A stretch of DNA of 63,261 bases, counting the filler, from Phoronis australis (lineage: Eukaryota; Animalia; Phoronida), in NCBI GenBank assembly GCA_002633005.1. It is 6 parts of 6 records of this genome, joined end to end, with 100 filler letters (N's around TTAATTAATTAA, not from the genome) between each part and the next. Parts side by side here need not be neighbours in the genome. Positions count along the whole stretch, not along the records: positions 19,794 to 29,212 come from NMRA01001823.1; positions 29,313 to 39,185 come from NMRA01001783.1; 4 more parts are not named here. One strand, given 5' to 3'. Positions 25,201-38,847 of this stretch are shown here, piece by piece; positions within the stretch are counted from its first letter, which is position 1, and each line of letters opens with the position of its first letter. Both the position numbers and the translations under genes were made by a program. The notes under the pieces were generated by a model. The model saw only the letters and a program-made list of their open reading frames with translations. It was not told where the DNA came from and did not search any database.

Positions 25201-26309
25201 GTGGCTACGGTGATACTGGGTGAATAAACTGTACCAGCCAGGCAACTACCTGAAAAATTATAAAAATGCAAATGTGGTCAGGAGTCTTGATGAGAAAGCA
25301 GCAATTTATGAGAAAAGGTAATTTTGATTGTAATGTTGATATTGGCGACGACGACGATGATGACGCAATCTTGACGAAATTGGTAAACGAACATAGAGTT
25401 ATACAATGATAGGCCGATGGAAAAGAGAGGGAATGGTTATGAGGGGTGAAATCAGTGAGTGGAAGGGAAAGTTTGTTGAAAAACGTCGACCTCATCTCCC
25501 CACGTGAAAATACTCATTACGAAAACCGAGACTTTGGCAAGAAAGTTAACATAATGAATGGCGTTATGCGACAGATATGGTCGCCATAAAATAAAAATAC
25601 CCAATATTAAAAAGGCAAACGCTAGCAAGAGATCACTATGGCGTCTCAACTTGTCCCCAAATATTGCTGACAGCAGCGAGCCGGCTACCATTCCTACAGA
25701 GCAAAATGCAATGGCGGTGGACAGCTGTTGGTAAGACACCTTGAACAGACTCTTGAGATCGAGAAGGCAGGCCGACAGCAGCATATCAGAGAAACCCTAA
25801 AATGAACAAATGTAGAGAACGAGTCCAAAAATCGGCTCAGCCCTGTTAACGTTTCAATGCAATGTTTCTTCAAAACGTAATAGGGTAATATCCGAAGCAT
25901 CCGCATTCCAATAAAAGCTGAAATTTTCAACACAGCGGTTGTGTACCCCTCCTCGTATAAAGAAGGAACAATTGGAGACCAGTTTTATATTGATAAGTGT
26001 CCTAAATCAAAAGTTTGTGTCTATGGCGGAAAACATGTTTTTATCGCTATAATGTGTCGAGACAATTAATCAGTCGACCTAACTTTTATTCCGTAATGAA
26101 GCAAGTTTTACCATTACAAACCAAGCGTATATGAGAATGCCCGTCTTCAGGTAAAGGTACCATCCGTTGTATGGTCGCTCGTGCACTGTTGTGTCATCAT
26201 CGTTGTTAATATTTGTTGTGGCTGCGCTGAGATCTTTACTTTCATTGATTAATGGTGAATTTTCGTCAGCATCAGTTGACTCAGCTACCACCACGTTACA
26301 TCCCAACAT
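22264..26309 (-). CDS. MFS transporter, sodium-dependent glucose transporter 1 / MFSD4-like, 4 coding exons, 463 aa
   Basis: Exons 26309-26112, 25796-25601, 25249-25154, 23165-22264 (1392 nt, phases consistent). Many hydrophobic TM segments; family-like motifs LLDLKSL..VS, GS...A..GD and LWG....P.LQ......GQ..SP....PFL. An acceptor before 26333 suggests an upstream non-coding exon. Confidence 0.85.
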
Positions 26310-28660
26310 ATTCCTAATGGAGGAACAGATTTCCTGAAATGTTAAATGAAATTTTTTGCCTTTATATGAAGAACATGTATGTTACTTTTGATCATCGTAT
26401 ATAAAATTAAAAACTCCGAGTTGGAAAGAAAATAAAATTCAGTGGATAAGGGTGCTTAGTGTCGTTTTTACCTTTAGCAGGGTAAAATGAAAACTCAAAA
26501 GTGCGTAAACTAGTCCACTGTCGCATAAAAAAATCCTAATTTCATTGCTCCAGCAAAATTCTCCAAAGCATTTCAGTTGCCCTATTCAGGGTTAAACGAA
26601 ACTTTTAATTAAAATTAGATAATCTGCTCTAAAAAACCAGTCTCATAATACTCCTTATCCTAATATTATTCCATGTTATTCTTTAAAAGTTCAGGTCACA
26701 AGAAATTTACTCATGCACCGTTTTCAATTTCGCCAAATTGGGGTTGCTCTATTAAAATCTGACGTTTTCGTATGTCCCTGACCGTTTTGATAACCGAAAC
26801 AGCTTCCTGCCACGGTAAGGAATATCACGAGACACATAAAGAGCATAATTCCTATTTGATTTAAGAAAGCTAAGTAGGGCGAAATTCATCTTTAACTGAG
26901 GAGCCTGCACTGACATGGTGAAACCCCACTCCCAGAATGCCGTTCATTTCCGAAAACAAGCGCACAAGGCTATACATCATCAGATTTTTTCTTATTGATT
27001 GGTTCTATCCCTGAGAAGTTCTTTTTGTCAGCAGACACTATCGTTAGTAGGTCTTAATCATGCTTCATCTGTTACGAAATCAATTCGGAACTATCTCTGG
27101 GCAAACATAAAAGTTGGGCCTCTAAGTGAAAACCAGCTGGAAATGATTCCTGCGCGGGGTCTTAAATCCAGGGACGTTACGAAGACTTTGAAAACGTCCC
27201 CACAGATAAGAGAATTCGTTATCCATCCGGCCACTGGACCAGTGTCTTGAATTGATATGTTTAAATTGATATTCATACATCATAAACACTCAGCATATTT
27301 GAAGTCCGGCCTCTGACAAGTTCCTTACCAATTTGCACGATTCAACTGACGTGATCATCAGTCATTTCAATTCCGTGCCCAAAAGTCTGGACAAACGCGA
27401 GATATATTTCAACATAACCGGACATAGATGGCACTTTTGAAAACAAGTAGGTTCAAAGGTACGTAGACTATCGACAACTTACTCAAATATTTACCCAGAG
27501 AACTGGTCCTATCCAGTAATCCTTATCGTCATTTCCCTGATATCTGATACAGGCAAATCATATGTGTGTCACTGAATGATGATTTCGCTGTGGTGATTTT
27601 TATGAACTATCGATACTAAAAAGTAACTTACTGTAGAATTCAATATCCGAAAATGGGAAATATAAATCCAAACTGCTAAGATATTAATCAGAAATTTGAA
27701 TGCTCTTTAAATTTGCTACATACCTGCTTTCTGCCAAAAACGAACTTTTAATTTAAAACGGGACTCTACTTCATTGCTCAGATTGAAAGTGATTTCTTAG
27801 CTTGGAAATAAACGACAGTTCCTTACCCATGTTCAGTGCATAAAACCACCCGGCGGGTCAAACCACCTTGCTAGACATGGTCTCTAGTCAGTTACTCTAA
27901 GCCAAGGAATCAACTGTGAGTATTTTTAACCCAATTTATCAAAGTCAAGTGGTTTAACTCGAAACTTATTTTGGCAGATGGAGGGTTCTTGGCAGCATAT
28001 AACATATCGTATTTGTTTTATAGACCCGCAGAGAGGTGACTAATTGGAGAATGATCGATATCCTAAACTTCAAACTGGAATGAATCAATTCAGGGAACTC
28101 CATTTTGTACTTTATTTTACAAGAGGCAGAAAATTAGGAGTCCTAACTGAATTTACTTAAGATAAAATGGCAAGTAGGTTTAGCAATAATTCATAATTTT
28201 CGACACATTATACTCGTACTGAATGGGTCATAACATACATCAAATTATTTTATAACGTATGACAAGGGACGCTAACTCGCTGCATTAAAAAGGCACAAGA
28301 GGTTTTCATTCCAAAACATGACTCAAAACAGCGCCAAGACGTGGTGTCAGTGATTCAAAGGTGGGCGTTCACCAGCGGCTTGATGGAGGAAAATGTTTAT
28401 TTGAACGAAATGCTACGAGAACGTCCATATGGAAAAATGTGAACAATACACAGTATGCTAATTGCGATTACAAATAAATAAGCAACAAATAAGAGTGTTA
28501 AACTTATGAATAACGTTGCTATAGTACACAGCACAACACGGAATTTCCATGGTAATATCAAAAAGTGGGGACATTTCTGATTAGCGAATTGTCTGTGGTG
28601 CAATCATCATAGGTCATACGCCAGTGGAGTAGCAGTAGGCCTATCATAATTTTCCCATAA

Positions 28661-29115
28661 CGTGCGCGCACCCTGGGGTGGGGGGTCGAAGGAGCCCCCA
28701 ATTGGCAAAATGGGCAAAAAGGTGCGCTTCAGAGAAACAAAAACTCCGAAAAAGTAGAAAACGAGACAAAAGTCCGCTGAATAGGCAGGAAGTACATGCG
28801 CACACCCAGCCTAAAAATAGGAGGCTCGAGTTTTTAAGGATTCAGACCTTTTACTAAAAAAGAAAAAAAACGGGGTACGTTCAGAGCTATGAGTTGTGCT
28901 TTCACGGCATTCCTGCCTTTTTAGTGGACTTATGTCCGTTTCCTTTTTGCTTCTCTGAGGCGGACCTTTTATTCCCCCTCCTCGGTGCGCGCATGAACTA
29001 CCAAAATTCGACCAATGCACAATTCATAGCTCTGAACGTACTTGTGAATCTTAGTAAAAGGTCCACAGTCTCAAAAAACACGAAACCCCCATTTTTCAGG
29101 CTGGGTGCGCGCATG
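28661..29115 (+). mobile_element. MITE family B containing an inverted nested copy of the same family (28795-28995)
   Basis: Outer TSD CATAA/CATAA; inner TSD AAGTA/AACTA; TIR CATGCGCGCACCC. Confidence 0.8.
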
Positions 29116-29312
29116 CATAAGTTGCTCACATTTCTGATGAATCATATTCGTCATCTTAACACGACATTTTTTACCCAATGTTTACCACATATCTCAACTA
29201 CCGTGATTCCCCNNNNNNNNNNNNNNNNNNNNNNNNNNNNNNNNNNNNNNNNNNNNTTAATTAATTAANNNNNNNNNNNNNNNNNNNNNNNNNNNNNNNN
29301 NNNNNNNNNNNN

Positions 29313-32300
29313 CTCTGTGCCAAACTCTGGTCGACAACAGACTGACTGCCCTGACCTTTATTATCGCAGCGAGAAGCTGAGTCTCCTTCTGAAATGGTGT
29401 CAGTCTGTGTGTGCTTACTACAACATGAAGGTATGACATCTGGTGGCAGAGGTCGATTGTCTTTTAAATGCTATTCTAATTTAGCACTGGTTGTCCTTAT
29501 TGTTGATTAATGTCACTGAAATTTTTCTCACTTCATTGCCTTGCAAAAGTTGGTAATTCAAATCATAGGAAGTCCACACAATGGAAGTGTGGAATCAAGT
29601 GCCATACACATCACACCCAAACTGCGTGTCAAACATAAACTCGCACAAGTCAAAATTAATATTTACCAGCAGAAATACCACTTTATGGAAATCAAGCCCT
29701 TCGAAAGAACTTATTCTCTCGAAAAATTCAATTTTTTACCTTTCGCTTGACACACTGCCATTTGCAATTTTTGACCTACTGATGAACTCTTGAACTAAAA
29801 GCATTCACTGGGCTCATTGGCTGGCATTTGGGTTATTACGTGACATTCGGTAAAAAATTAAGGGTAGAAGATGGCAGATGATTTGATTTGACGTTGTTAG
29901 AGGAAGGAAAAAAGAGACGAAATGTAACCAGACGATTGTTTGCAGTTTTTAATATCTGTTAAGGGAATTACATTTGATTAGTACTATTACACTGAAAGGG
30001 AATTTTCCTCCCATTGTTTTTTTTGAAATCCATGTCGCCAGGTGGTGAAGAGCCCTCTGGTGGGCCCTCAGCTCTGTTTAAGCCCTGAATAATGACTAGC
30101 CTGACAGGAAATGTCTGGCATTGGAGTTACAGGGCTTGGAATTTTCCGCGGAAACGTAGATTTAAGCTTTTTTCAAATGTTCTGTCCGCGTATTTTATTA
30201 TATTTCCGCGTAAAAAAAATCGGATTTGATATAAAATTTCCGCGGCAAATTTGTTTCTAACCGCCGCGTTGCCGACGACTTTCACCTCGAACAGTGGAAG
30301 TTGCTCTTTATGTTTCGGAGGAGCGTAAATTGTCAACATTGCCGGGGCATCTGGGATAGCGTGGTGGATTTCGTGAATGGCGGCTCGTGTGATTGTAAAC
30401 CGCGGTGACAAATACTACGACTCTGCAGCCAAAAATGTTTGGAGGTGGGAGTGGCGGACGAGCTAAGACAGACGCAGACGCACGCTTCCGGAGGTGGTAC
30501 CGTTTTTTGTTTTTTTTGTCCTCTCGAACTTTATCGGCATGACCGACTTTTTCAAGGCTGGCATGCGCGCATGTTTCGGGCCGTAAAAATATCCGCGTTT
30601 TTCGCCATTCGTCATTCCAAGCCCTGATCTAGAGAGTGCAGAGCTTGGACGTCCACGATGTTCTTACATTATTTTCATAGTACGTGTCAGTTGTTCTTAA
30701 TTCCTGTGCAATACAGTGCTGCCATCTTTGAAGTAGCAGGAATTGCATAATAATTTCTTTCTGTGATCAAAATGAAAATTAGAGGCTTCACTTTCAAATT
30801 TCAGTGAAGTTTCAGACTGTTTCTCTGAAAGTGTTTGCACTGTTATCGTTCTCATACTGTCATTGTCCTGTTACAGATTGACAACTTCACTGTTTCCTTC
30901 TCCGACGGTCGCGCCCTGTGTTACCTCCTCCATCACTACCACCCCTCCCTGCTGCCTCTGTCGGCCATATTTAAACAGACAACTCAAACAATACCGGCCG
31001 CAGCAGACGATGCTGATGACTCTGGTGATGATAGCTTCAACAGTACATGGAAGATGGCATTCAGTCCCACCACTGGTAAACCTACGGAGTATCAACAGTT
31101 ATTAGCCAATGAGAGAGAAAATTTCAAAGCCCTCTATGACAAGGTATGTACAACAGTTTTTAGTCTAAGAAGGTCCATTCTCAGTGACACCAAGAAAAAA
31201 GTTTTGAATTTGGCCACTTGTCATAAAACTAGTCTGAGCTTTTATCTTGCTGTGACTAGAATTGCCCTCTGGACTTGAAGAAAATTGACAATTGATTGTT
31301 GCTTGGCAACAAACTCAGTGAGTTGTCTTGTTATGTGTCTCGAGTTAGTCTCGAGCAATAATGGCCTTTCTGGTTCCTCCAAAGCCCAGAATCGCTTCTA
31401 TTTTCTATTGTGGGTTGAGAGCAAGTTGGGACCGGAAATTTTGCACGATCTAAATCGAAACTAATAGTCACTTTGACAGGGTGTCGGTTTATTACTACTT
31501 TAAATTTGATAACAGCAAATCATGTACATCATTTTTTTAATTTCTCAGCTACACTTTGTGTTGACCTTTGAACTATTGATCAAGCTAGTTTGTGCAAACG
31601 ATGCTCTGATGTTGGAAACGTTAACTTTTCTCACAGTCATGTTTGCTTTTCTAAAACGACGTTGACTCGTTCTTGACCTTTGTTTGAATTAAATTTAATG
31701 GCAATAAATCTGGAATTCTCCTGACAGACATATTACCGTGACAACTGAAATTTGATCGCCTTGGCGACCAACGTATACCTTGTCTTTAGGAAAAAACAAC
31801 AACCAATCAGATCGTTTCAAGGCCACAAGTCGTTTCTTGTCAAAACTTGGATTTTTTACTCAAAGCAAGAATTCGTTGCACCTTTTCAACTTTATCCTCA
31901 AGTCATTAAAAATGTGCAATCTAGTTCAATCATGATTAGTTGACACCTAAGTCTTGATAAAAAATTTTATGTTTGTATGAACATAGCTCATGCTTAAATC
32001 AAAAATAAATTATTTTTCAATGATGACGTGCTTTTTCTTCAATCAAACGCATATTGCATGTCAGTGGTCAACAGCTTTCTTGCTTTTTACTATCAATAGA
32101 AAATTATCGTCTAGTTGTAAATAAGTTGTGTTTCATTCATAAACAAGTTTCTTTCCTGCAAATATCATAGCGCACTGACATCAAGTGCTACTTCAGTGGT
32201 AAGTGTACGTCTAATGTTTTCTAAAAAAGTCAATCTTTGATCATAAAAGTCAGAATTCAGTGTCATTGCCTTGTAGGTGTCCGAGCTTGGTGGCGTGCCT

Positions 32301-35300
32301 GTCATGGTCAAGTCATCAGACATGTGCGGCACGATCCCTGATGAGAAGGTGGTCATCACGTACGTGTCGTACCTGTGCGCACGCCTCCTTGACATCCGCG
32401 TCGAGACGCGTGCTGCACGTACCATACAGATGGCCTACAGGTGCCACCTAGTGAAGAAACGAAGAGAACAATTGAAGGTATGAGCTCACCATGCAATCAT
32501 CTCAGGGCATTGGGAGTGAGGGTTATTGTTGGTTAAAGCAAGTCAGTGTTTGTTTTCACTAATTCTTTCATCTGTAATAAACACCTGCTTAGTGAATTAT
32601 TGCATTTCCATATCTGACATCTTTTATCCGCTGTTGCTGATCCATCAAGAATTTCCTGTCTTGAACTTGATGTATCATTCTGATTTTCACTGACTTTTTC
32701 AAAGCCAACTCTCTTTTTTTAGGTTGAAAACGAAGCTGCCAAAATCCTGCAGAACGTTGCCCGAGCTTTCTTGGACAAATGCCAAGAAAGACGTAAGGAA
32801 AATGCCGCCATCTTGATCCAGTGCTGTTGGCGCCGTTCAGTTGCTCGACTTCGTGCGGAGAGGGTCAGAGTTCAGCAAGAATCCGAAGAACAACTGGTGG
32901 CAGCTGTCAGGATTCAGTCACGTGTTAAAATGTTCTTAGCGCGACGCTCCTATCTAAAAGAAAAGGCTGCTGCTGTAAAAATCCAGTCGTGGTGGCGGAG
33001 CTCACAGGCACGGGGGCGGTACGAGAGAATACAGGCGTCCACCATTGTGATTCAGAAGACGTTTCGGGCATGGTTTCAAGGTAGACAAGCTCGCGAGGAG
33101 TTTTTGAATCTGCGAAACGGCGTGTTGGTGATTCAAAAAGTTTGGAGAGGTGTTCTGGCAAGGAATCATGTGGAAGGCTTGAAAAGGACCGCCCAGTTGT
33201 ATCGGGCAGCCAGTCTGATTCAATCTTGGTACAGGATGTGCCAAGTGCGACGCAATTACCAAAATCTCAGACGCGGTGTTGTCAAAGCTCAGGCCCTGTG
33301 GCGAGCTAGAGTCAACAGTACAGCATTCCAGGTTCAAAGGCAGTCGGCTGTTTGCATACAGCGTTGGTATCGTAATGTGATTCTGTGTCGGCATGAGCGA
33401 AAACTGTATCTATCCATGCTCCATGACATCATCGTCGTCCAGTCACTGTGTAGAGGATGGCTTGAGCGTCGTCAGCTGCAGCGCTCCCATGTCGCAGCAA
33501 CAGTCCTACAGTCTGCCTATCGACGTGTGCTGGAAAGGAGAAGATACCAACAGCTTAGAATGGCTTGTGTGGTCATCCAGCGTCGCCTGAGAACGGCCCT
33601 TCAGGCCAACGCATGCCGTAGCAGCTTTCTAGAGCAGAGGCGGGCTTGTATTACATTGCAAGCTCATGTGCGCTCTTGGCTCTGTCGAAGAAGGTTGTGT
33701 CGTCAACACGCGGCCGCCACTGTGATACAGTCTGTGTGCAGAATGCGCCTGGCTATGGCAAAGTATCAACAACTGAAGCATGCCACTCTTGTTATACAAT
33801 CCAGGTTCAGGGCCAAATGCATGGCTTGTGCTGCCCGCAATCAGTATTTGCTGCTTAAACGGGCTGCTATCGTATTGCAGTCCTCAGTGCGTGGGTGGTG
33901 GTGTAGAGCTCGACTTCAGCGAGAGAGACAGGCTGCTGTGAGAATACAGTCTGCCTACAGAAGATACCGAGCCTTGGCGGAGTATCAGGAAATGAGACAA
34001 GCTGCCATTGTCATTCAGAGTAGGTTCCGTGCCTGGCAGTTGTCTAAACTTCAGTGGTTAGAGTACAATATTCAGAGAGGTGCGTCTATAACCATTCAGG
34101 CTGCATGGAGGAAACACGTATGTCATCAGCGTTTTGCGAAGATACGAAAGGCAGCCATTTGCATCCAAAGTCACGCAAGATCGATGCTGGCACGTAAAGA
34201 TTACCAACGGATGAGGAATGCCGCCATAATTATTCAAAGACGACTGCGAGCCACCCTTCTGGCCAAAGAGCAGAGTCACCATTATCAGATTGTGTTGGGC
34301 GCCATCGTCACCATTCAGGCTTGGGTCAGAGGTCACGCAGCACGCGAGGAGCTCCAGAAGTGGAAGCGAGCAGCCATTGTCCTTCAGGCTCAAGCTAGGA
34401 AACTGATTGCTGTTGGCAGGTACAACGCTCTGAAAAACGCAACGTCGGTTATTCAGGCTTACTATAGAAATAAAATGATTGCCAAATACGAGAGGAGCCG
34501 GTATCTGCAGTTGAAGAATGCCGCTGTTCAAATTCAGGCTGCGTATCGGAGAAAGACAAAGCGCGAAGCATTTTTGCGGGCTAAGCATGCTGCAACAGTA
34601 CTTCAGTCTGCCTACAGGGGGCATGCGGTGAGGTTAAACTTGGCCAGAAGAGCATCTGCTGCCAGGATCATACAGACAAGATGGAGGTCGACTCAGATGA
34701 TGAGGCAAGTCCAGCTGAACTTCCTTGTACATAAAGGAGCAGCCATTGTCATACAGTCTGTCTTTAGGGGTTACATCGCCAAGAAGTCATACCAAGAAAC
34801 TAGGACCGCTGTTATCCGACTTCAGGCACTGGTTCGTGGTCGCGGCACTCGGAGATGTTACGAAAATGTCCGTACAGCAGCGCAAGTCATCCAACAGAGA
34901 TGGAGGGCAACTCTTTTGAAGAGGTCACTACTAAGAGATTTCCAGGACAAGAAACGAGCCGTGTTAATTATTCAGAGCTGTGTGCGTGGATTCATGGCCC
35001 GTCGCTCGTATGGCAGGACACTTAAAGCTGTCACTCTGATTCAGTCGCACATCAGGAGGCTGGTAGCTCGGCAGCGATATTCTCTTGTTCGACAAGCTGT
35101 TGCAACTATTCAGACAAGATGGCGGGCAACGTTGGCCATGAGGGGGCAGCAGTTAGAGTATCTCATCTGCAAGGGCGCAGCCATCGTTATACAAGCACGA
35201 TTCAAAGCGTATATGGCCCAGAGGGCGTATCAGACGACGCGTACAGCCATCATCTGCCTTCAAGCGCATGCTAGAAGAAGGATGGCTCAGAGAGAGTTCA

Positions 35301-38300
35301 AGAGATTAAAAATGGCTGCTTCAGTCATTCAGAATAGATGGAGGATGATCCTGTTACAAAGATCTACGCAGAAAGAATTTGCCGAGAAGAAACGGGCAGC
35401 AGTTACTATACAATCTGCTTTCCGTGGTTATTGCGTCAGAAAGCAATATAGGAAAGATCGCATCACTCTTGTTCGACTTCAAGCTATGGCACGTGGGGCC
35501 ATTGCTCGTCGCCAGTATCTACGATTTCAGAAGGCTGTTGCCGTCCTGCAGACAAGATGGCGGTCTACAATGTCAGCCAGGCAGACTCGTCTAGAATTCC
35601 TCATTAGCAAGGGGGCTGCCATCATGATTCAGTCATGTTTCAAGGGGTACCTGGCAAGGCGGCTCTACCTTCTCCAGCGTAGGGCCATTGTTGATATTCA
35701 GGCTAGAGTTAGGGGGAAGATGGCTAGAGACTCGTACACGACAAAACGTAATGCTGTCTCCTTACTTCAGAAACGTTGGCGTGAAACACTTCTGCAGAGA
35801 TCAGTTCGATTAGAGTATCTGGCTCAGAAGAGTGCCGCTGTATGTGTTCAGAGTACATGGCGTGGCTATGTAGAACGGCGTGCCTACCTGCAGTCACGTG
35901 ATTACATCATAATGCTGCAGTCTCGAGTCAGAGGAGCAACAGTACGACGGGGATATCTCTCACTGTGTTCATATGTGCGTCTCATTCAGCTCCGTTGGCG
36001 TGCGACTCTCCTGCAACGGAAAGTACAAAGAGAGTACCAAGTCGCCTTGGGGGCAGCCATTACCATTCAGGCCTACATCCGAGGCTACCTGGCACGGTGC
36101 CAGTTGAACAGATATCACGCAGCTACAGCCATTCAGTCATACTACCGCATGTATGTGTGTAGACAACAATTTCTACTCTCCAAAATGGCCATTACAAAAC
36201 TCCAAGCTCACGTCCGAGGTAAATGTCAACGACAGGTGTTTCTGAAGCAGAAGGCAGCTGTGACCACTCTTCAGTCATATATACGAGCTGCCATCATTGG
36301 ACGCAAGACCCGTCGCAGGTTTCTAATAGCCGTCGGTGCAGCCATTACTGTACAGGCCTGGTACAGAGGTCACGTGGCTAGGAAGTTAGCAATAAACATG
36401 AAAGCTGCTCGCACGATCCAGGCAGTGTATCGTGGATACAGGGAGCGTTTGAGGTGAGGCCATGAATTTGTAACAGTAGTTAACACGGGCTTGATAATTG
36501 ATAATCATTGGTTTTATACTTTTTTCACTTAAATAGTTGCTCTTGCTCCTATTTCTGAGCCCCATTCCACAGTTTTGTGTACACAAACCCACTGCATTTG
36601 TAACAAACATGGTTCATATCACCTGCTCATTTATAACGTTCCTCTTCACAACAGTGTAAGCCAGTTAATGACTGGCTGGTAAAAAGTCAAAAATTGAACT
36701 CCACTGGCTTGCGGTTTCTAGAAAATATCAACTTCCCACTAAAATCTTTAGTTGTGTAGATTTCTGCCTTATTAAACCTAGTTGTGTTGTTGAAGGTCTT
36801 TCATGACTTCAAACAATCTTACCCAAAATTTCCTATACCTTATTAGAGTGAAAACTTTTTACTTCTGGTGCTACGTGGCATTGCTCCTCATTTTTCAGGT
36901 TTCAGAAGACGAAAGCTTGTATTGTGCGGCTTCAAGCAAATGTCCGTCGTACGCTAGCTCAGAAACAGTACGACATCCTGCGTACACAGGCGGCTGCTGC
37001 ACGAGTAATACAGAAGTGTTACAGGAACCACGTGGAACGGAAGGCAGAAGAGGTAGGACTTGGTTGACCCCGTCAAGTTCCATTTTGTAGAGTTGGTCAA
37101 ATGTACTAAATGCCATCTACAAAGGCGTCTGCTTCTCCTCTGAGCTCAGTCTTACTAACGAATGTATGTAAGGGGGGAGTGAATGAGGACCTGGATATAA
37201 TGCAAAAACGATTTCTGGGGCTGTACTTGAATTCTTTAACACCATCTCACTTCAGCCTGTTGTTGGTTGGACGTAATTGAATGTTATCCTTGTGAGCATA
37301 CGATGACTGTGTGAAATCCAGCTTGTTGGGCATGGTGTGAACCAATAACAACCCTCACAACATGTCCTTCTCTAACCTAGAAATTGTATGTAACCTGAGT
37401 GAGTTTCAATTTGAGATTACCATAACAGCAATACGCTCACTCTCGCCGTTATAATTTACTGGCCATGTGCTAACCCAAATGTTTCTAAGCACACAGTAAG
37501 GACTGGTTGTATGAAGACTAGTGGCATGAATAACGTGACTGTGCTCATATTGTGTTCAAAAATAATACGACTGGTCTCATGAATGCTGCACCTGCAATTT
37601 CTTTTAAATGATTGCTTGTGGCGGGACAATAAGTCTGTACATTGATAAGAGCTGTTAGTGTTACCTCATATTTTGATTTCGCACTTAGGGCCTGGATTTT
37701 TGACTTCCTTGTTCCGTCGTTGTTCAGTTGTACCCTGCAAATGGTGTGTATCAACTAACTTGTGAAACCATCTTTATTAACTACCAGTCAAAATGGAGGG
37801 TGTGTCGCACCACATGACTGTACCCCTGTTGTTCTTCAGGAGAGGCGCAGAGTGAGAGGCGCACAACTTGCTCGCATCACCCAGGTGGCGAAGAATCACT
37901 TGAACGTCGTCCGAATCCAGCGGGCGTTCAGAAATTATTGCGCCATGAAGCTGGCAAGGGAGCGTCTGCAGACAATTGTCAAATTGCAGGTAAGCTAGTG
38001 TTTAAACTCTAGGCTCTTAATCTCTTGAATTTAGTGCCGAACATCGGCCACATTACCCTTGGAAAAATATTGAAAAGCCACATGAAATGTACCCTAATGA
38101 GGCCCAGAAATTACCAAGTGATTGGAAAAATCCCCTGGAGGTTCAAATCACTTGTAACTCACACAGGTAACACAAAGTGTTAGCTATGGTTAATTGAGGC
38201 AGAGTTATGAGATCTTGCAACAGGGGTAGGGATGCTATTGGTGGTGATTGGAGGAGGAATTTTTCCTTCACCCCAAAGTTCCCCTCTCAAAAGGCACAGG

Positions 38301-38847
38301 CACCTTTCCCTTCAGGTGATCGAGGGCACAGAAACTGATCACAACTAGCAACACACCATTAAGAGTTGTTGACATGATTTAATACATTTTGAAAATATTT
38401 TCATCATTGCTTACAAAGCAAGATGATGTCTGACATCTGCTTTGCATTAATTTTTGATGTTACTGTGTTTTACTTTCACATAACTGAAACAATTAGAAGA
38501 TTGCTAACATTTATTCCAATCCAAAGTTATCATTTTCTTTTATCTAATTTATGAATTAACAATGCTTGAACACTCTTTGTTACACAGCAACTAGTTTCTG
38601 CTACTTTTCACCCTTTGTCATCCCTTGTGCAAATTCTTTCATTGGCATTTTGTAGAGATGGGTACGCGCTAGACTCGAGCGTCGACGCTACTTGCGACTA
38701 CGCCAGGCGGCCTTGACGCTTCAGTCGGCAGCACGCCGCATGCTGGTGCGACGGACTTCTGCGGCCATTGTTATTCAGAAACATGCGCGTGTCCTCTTGG
38801 CCAAACAACGTTTGACGCGCTGGAAATGGGCCATCGTTACCATACAG
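29313..38847 (+). CDS. ASPM: Abnormal spindle-like microcephaly-associated protein (ASPM/Asp), partial (5' and 3' ends missing)
   Basis: Exons <29313-29430, 30877-31143, 32277-32477, 32723-36453, 36899-37052, 37840-37989, 38656-38847, with consistent phases. CH domain [36 protein letters not shown] and [27 protein letters not shown], followed by dozens of IQxxxRG motifs. Confidence 0.95.
30130..30626. mobile_element. Non-autonomous DNA transposon in an ASPM intron
   Basis: Perfect 13-bp TIR CAGGGCTTGGAAT / ATTCCAAGCCCTG, repeated TTCCGCG subterminal motifs; no clean TSD. Confidence 0.6.

Noticed and set aside
32771-36457. 1228-aa ORF as a standalone gene
   Set aside because: It is the internal ASPM exon 32723-36453, bounded by splice sites; the start is TTG and the stop is intronic.
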